DNA from: Anthoceros angustus
Taxonomy: Eukaryota; Plantae; Anthocerotophyta
NCBI GenBank assembly: GCA_010909165.1
Contig: VJWM01000119.1
Location: 434,001-498,000 of the forward strand
Reading direction: 5' to 3'
Length of the DNA stretch: 64,000 bases
The notes beneath the pieces are model-generated. The model was not told the origin of the DNA. It searched no databases and worked only from the letters and a program-made list of their open reading frames with translations. Both the position numbers and the translations under genes were made by a program. Positions 61,644 through 64,000 of the stretch are shown piece by piece. How positions within the stretch are numbered: position 1 is the first letter of the stretch; each line of letters opens with the position of its first letter.

Positions 61644-62499
61644 TGTTGTCGCCGTGCCACTCCAAAGCAAGTTTTCCTTGTGCTAGCCTTGTGCGTGGGA
61701 GTAGTCAATCCAACTGCCAGGGCCATTGGTGGCGGAGAATTTCTGCTAGTGAGGTCATCAGGCGGAACTGCTGACGCGTATCCCATGCGGAAAACCGCCC
61801 CTGCTACTGCTGCCGAGATATCTGGTTGCGCTGTAAACAGGTGCTGAACTGTACTTGCGTGCTTCTCCTTGACATGCTGTATGCCTCAGCAATCCTCACC
61901 TGCTGATGCAGAGGACTCGTTGGGGTGCCTGGTGAACTAGCTGGGCTTCATCTCGTTTAGCAGCGCCACGGAAAGCTGCCTTGGGAATGGCTTCTAAGTC
62001 CAGCGACAGAGCTAGCCCGCGATGACTTCGTTGTTTCGAGACATCTTGCCGAATTGCTTCAAGCGCTGGAGGTCCTTGTTCTGGGGTCTGAAGGGCTTAG
62101 ACAAATTTTTGCTCCCAACTACCCTGAAATGGTTCCTGGCCATATATGCCATGGTAAAATAGTACATTATGTTGCTCAAAATGGAGTGTGTTGTACGAAA
62201 GGCATCTATGGGTGAGAAATTAGTGTCGGACACACAAGTCGCAGGAGGGATTTTGAACTCACATATTTGCAGCAACAAAGTTAAGTGTTGAAACTTCAAC
62301 AGCTGCTATTAGGTGGTCGAACTCCCTTTAAGGGTTACCCAAGAAACCTTTTTTTAAGCAATAATTCGACTTTATACCCAAGAAACTTTAAGTTATCATC
62401 CAGGAGAGAACGTGAAGACTTTATAAATATGAGGAGATTGGAAGTCCCATCTACACCGGGCCCATGGGAAACAACCCTCTAGGGCCCAAGCCATCTAAG

Positions 62500-62572
62500 C
62501 TATCATCTAGTCATATACATAAAAGAACCCCAAAACTATCATCTAGCCATATACATAAATGAACCCCAAAAC
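62500..62572. repeat. 36-bp tandem duplication
   Basis: ctatcatctag.catatacataaa.gaaccccaaaa x2. Confidence 0.85.
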
Positions 62573-64000
62573 GTCCACCTCTCTTTCCCAATTTTTTGAA
62601 AGAAATTTTATTAACATCAGTTGAATTTCTGTGGGCATCTAGTTGTATGGGAGGTAAAATATGAGAAAACACAAGTACAGTCCCAATGCACCATCACAAA
62701 TCAAAATCAAGATTAGGATCAAGATACCCAAGACCCAGCCCCGTTCACTTGCCCGGCATTGGGCTCTTTATTGTGCCGGCACCCGGCCTATTCGTAGTGC
62801 TGATCCGGTCCGTGCTTTACACATCCTCATTATGGAGACTCAGTCGGGGCGTTGCGGGACTCACAGCATTGTGTGAAACAAATGGCACCGTCAGGCTGTG
62901 AACAACGCAGAACCCGAATTCAATTTTCAAATTGATGGTGAAACAAGTATTTAATTAGTGGATGATGGATGCCCCTCATTTATTTAGAAAAAAGAAATCA
63001 TTCCTATGGCACAACAAATAGTCGAGGGAGATTAGTTGGAAGACATTCCGCATGAGTCTCCGCGCTTGGAATCCATCGCCATGCCACAGAGCTACTTGAA
63101 TTGAATAGTACACGAGGGTTCAATTAAGATGGCAGCCGCCCCCACTGATATGATTGCTCTTCATTTTGGGGTTTTGCTCTAGGAAACCAATGCAAGGCTT
63201 CTGATCATGTTGCGCGCAAATAGGTATGGTGGAGGAATGAGTTCAGAACAGGCTGCTCTCGAATATGATACCAGAGTACGTCCACAAATATCTTCCTTTC
63301 CAGATGCTGACGATGATCATGTCGGGTCTCCTTTGAAAATGCTGACAAAGATCCCTTTTTCAAGTACTTGCGTTTGAAGTAAGAAGGAAACATAACATTC
63401 GAGTCAACACTATCTCAGCGGGTACGTTACTTCTCTAGGGCTACTAGATATATGGCCTTAGTATCTATGCCCTGCGAGGATATTAGAAGCATTTCTGCAC
63501 TTCTGTTTCAAATTCATACTTCGTTAAAGAAATGCATTTTATCGTTTCAATGAAATGTGTCCACCTAACCGTGCTTCCACCGGAGATATGAACTTGTATC
63601 GCGGTATGCACCCACCCATAGAGAGAAGGTCCATCATGCAGGAGAGAGCAGGTGCGAGACCCAGCTCGCGTCTGGAGGCATACCATGGTTTAGCCGATTC
63701 TTTCACTTTCATAACTCATTTTTTGGTGCAATTAAGCGGGGATTCTTGCACATTCTAAAAGGGGCCCTCATATTTTACATGCCCAAGACTCAATTGATAT
63801 CGCTCAAAAAGACTCAATTTGATCAACTCGGGCTCAAACCGTGGACGTCTTGCCATGTTGGGGTGTAAACCAAGGATGGTCATCCTGTGTCAAGGTACAT
63901 GTAACATGTGACCACTGCCAATTAGGTAGCACGCAGGATCTCTAGCACATAGCAAGTTGCATGAAGAGAGTGCCCACGAGCTTAGACAAAATGCAAGATA

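Overview
Gene-dense nuclear DNA from a non-seed land plant, most likely a hornwort or other early-diverging lineage. This is inferred from short GT-AG introns, PLS-PPR genes with a 'SWWTD..G.VHSF' E+ terminus, and retained COMMD3 and INTS6. The left ~14 kb is a rearranged accessory cluster: a secreted LRR gene with an internal near-identical duplication, a PPR relic, three diverging intronless SRR1-like genes each preceded by an LRR 3' fragment, a gypsy-integrase filler, and an inverted degenerate LRR paralog. Next come tRNA-Pro(AGG), a TVP38/TMEM64-like gene, a thaumatin-like relic and an F-box gene bracketed by diverged inverted repeats. A compact housekeeping block follows: GT61, COMMD3, ARF1, GID8, a CYP707-like P450, mid-SUN, PWP2, ISD11, a PLS-E+ PPR, D-cysteine desulfhydrase and INTS6. 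The 47.2-54.2 kb duplication and the 1-2.8 kb duplication differ almost only by homopolymer indels and join at 8-10 bp microhomologies, so they are probably long-read assembly or polishing artefacts. The last 7 kb holds a decayed tRNA-Glu, a PPR pseudogene and unassigned degenerate sequence. All calls are from motif recognition by eye; no database searches were run.
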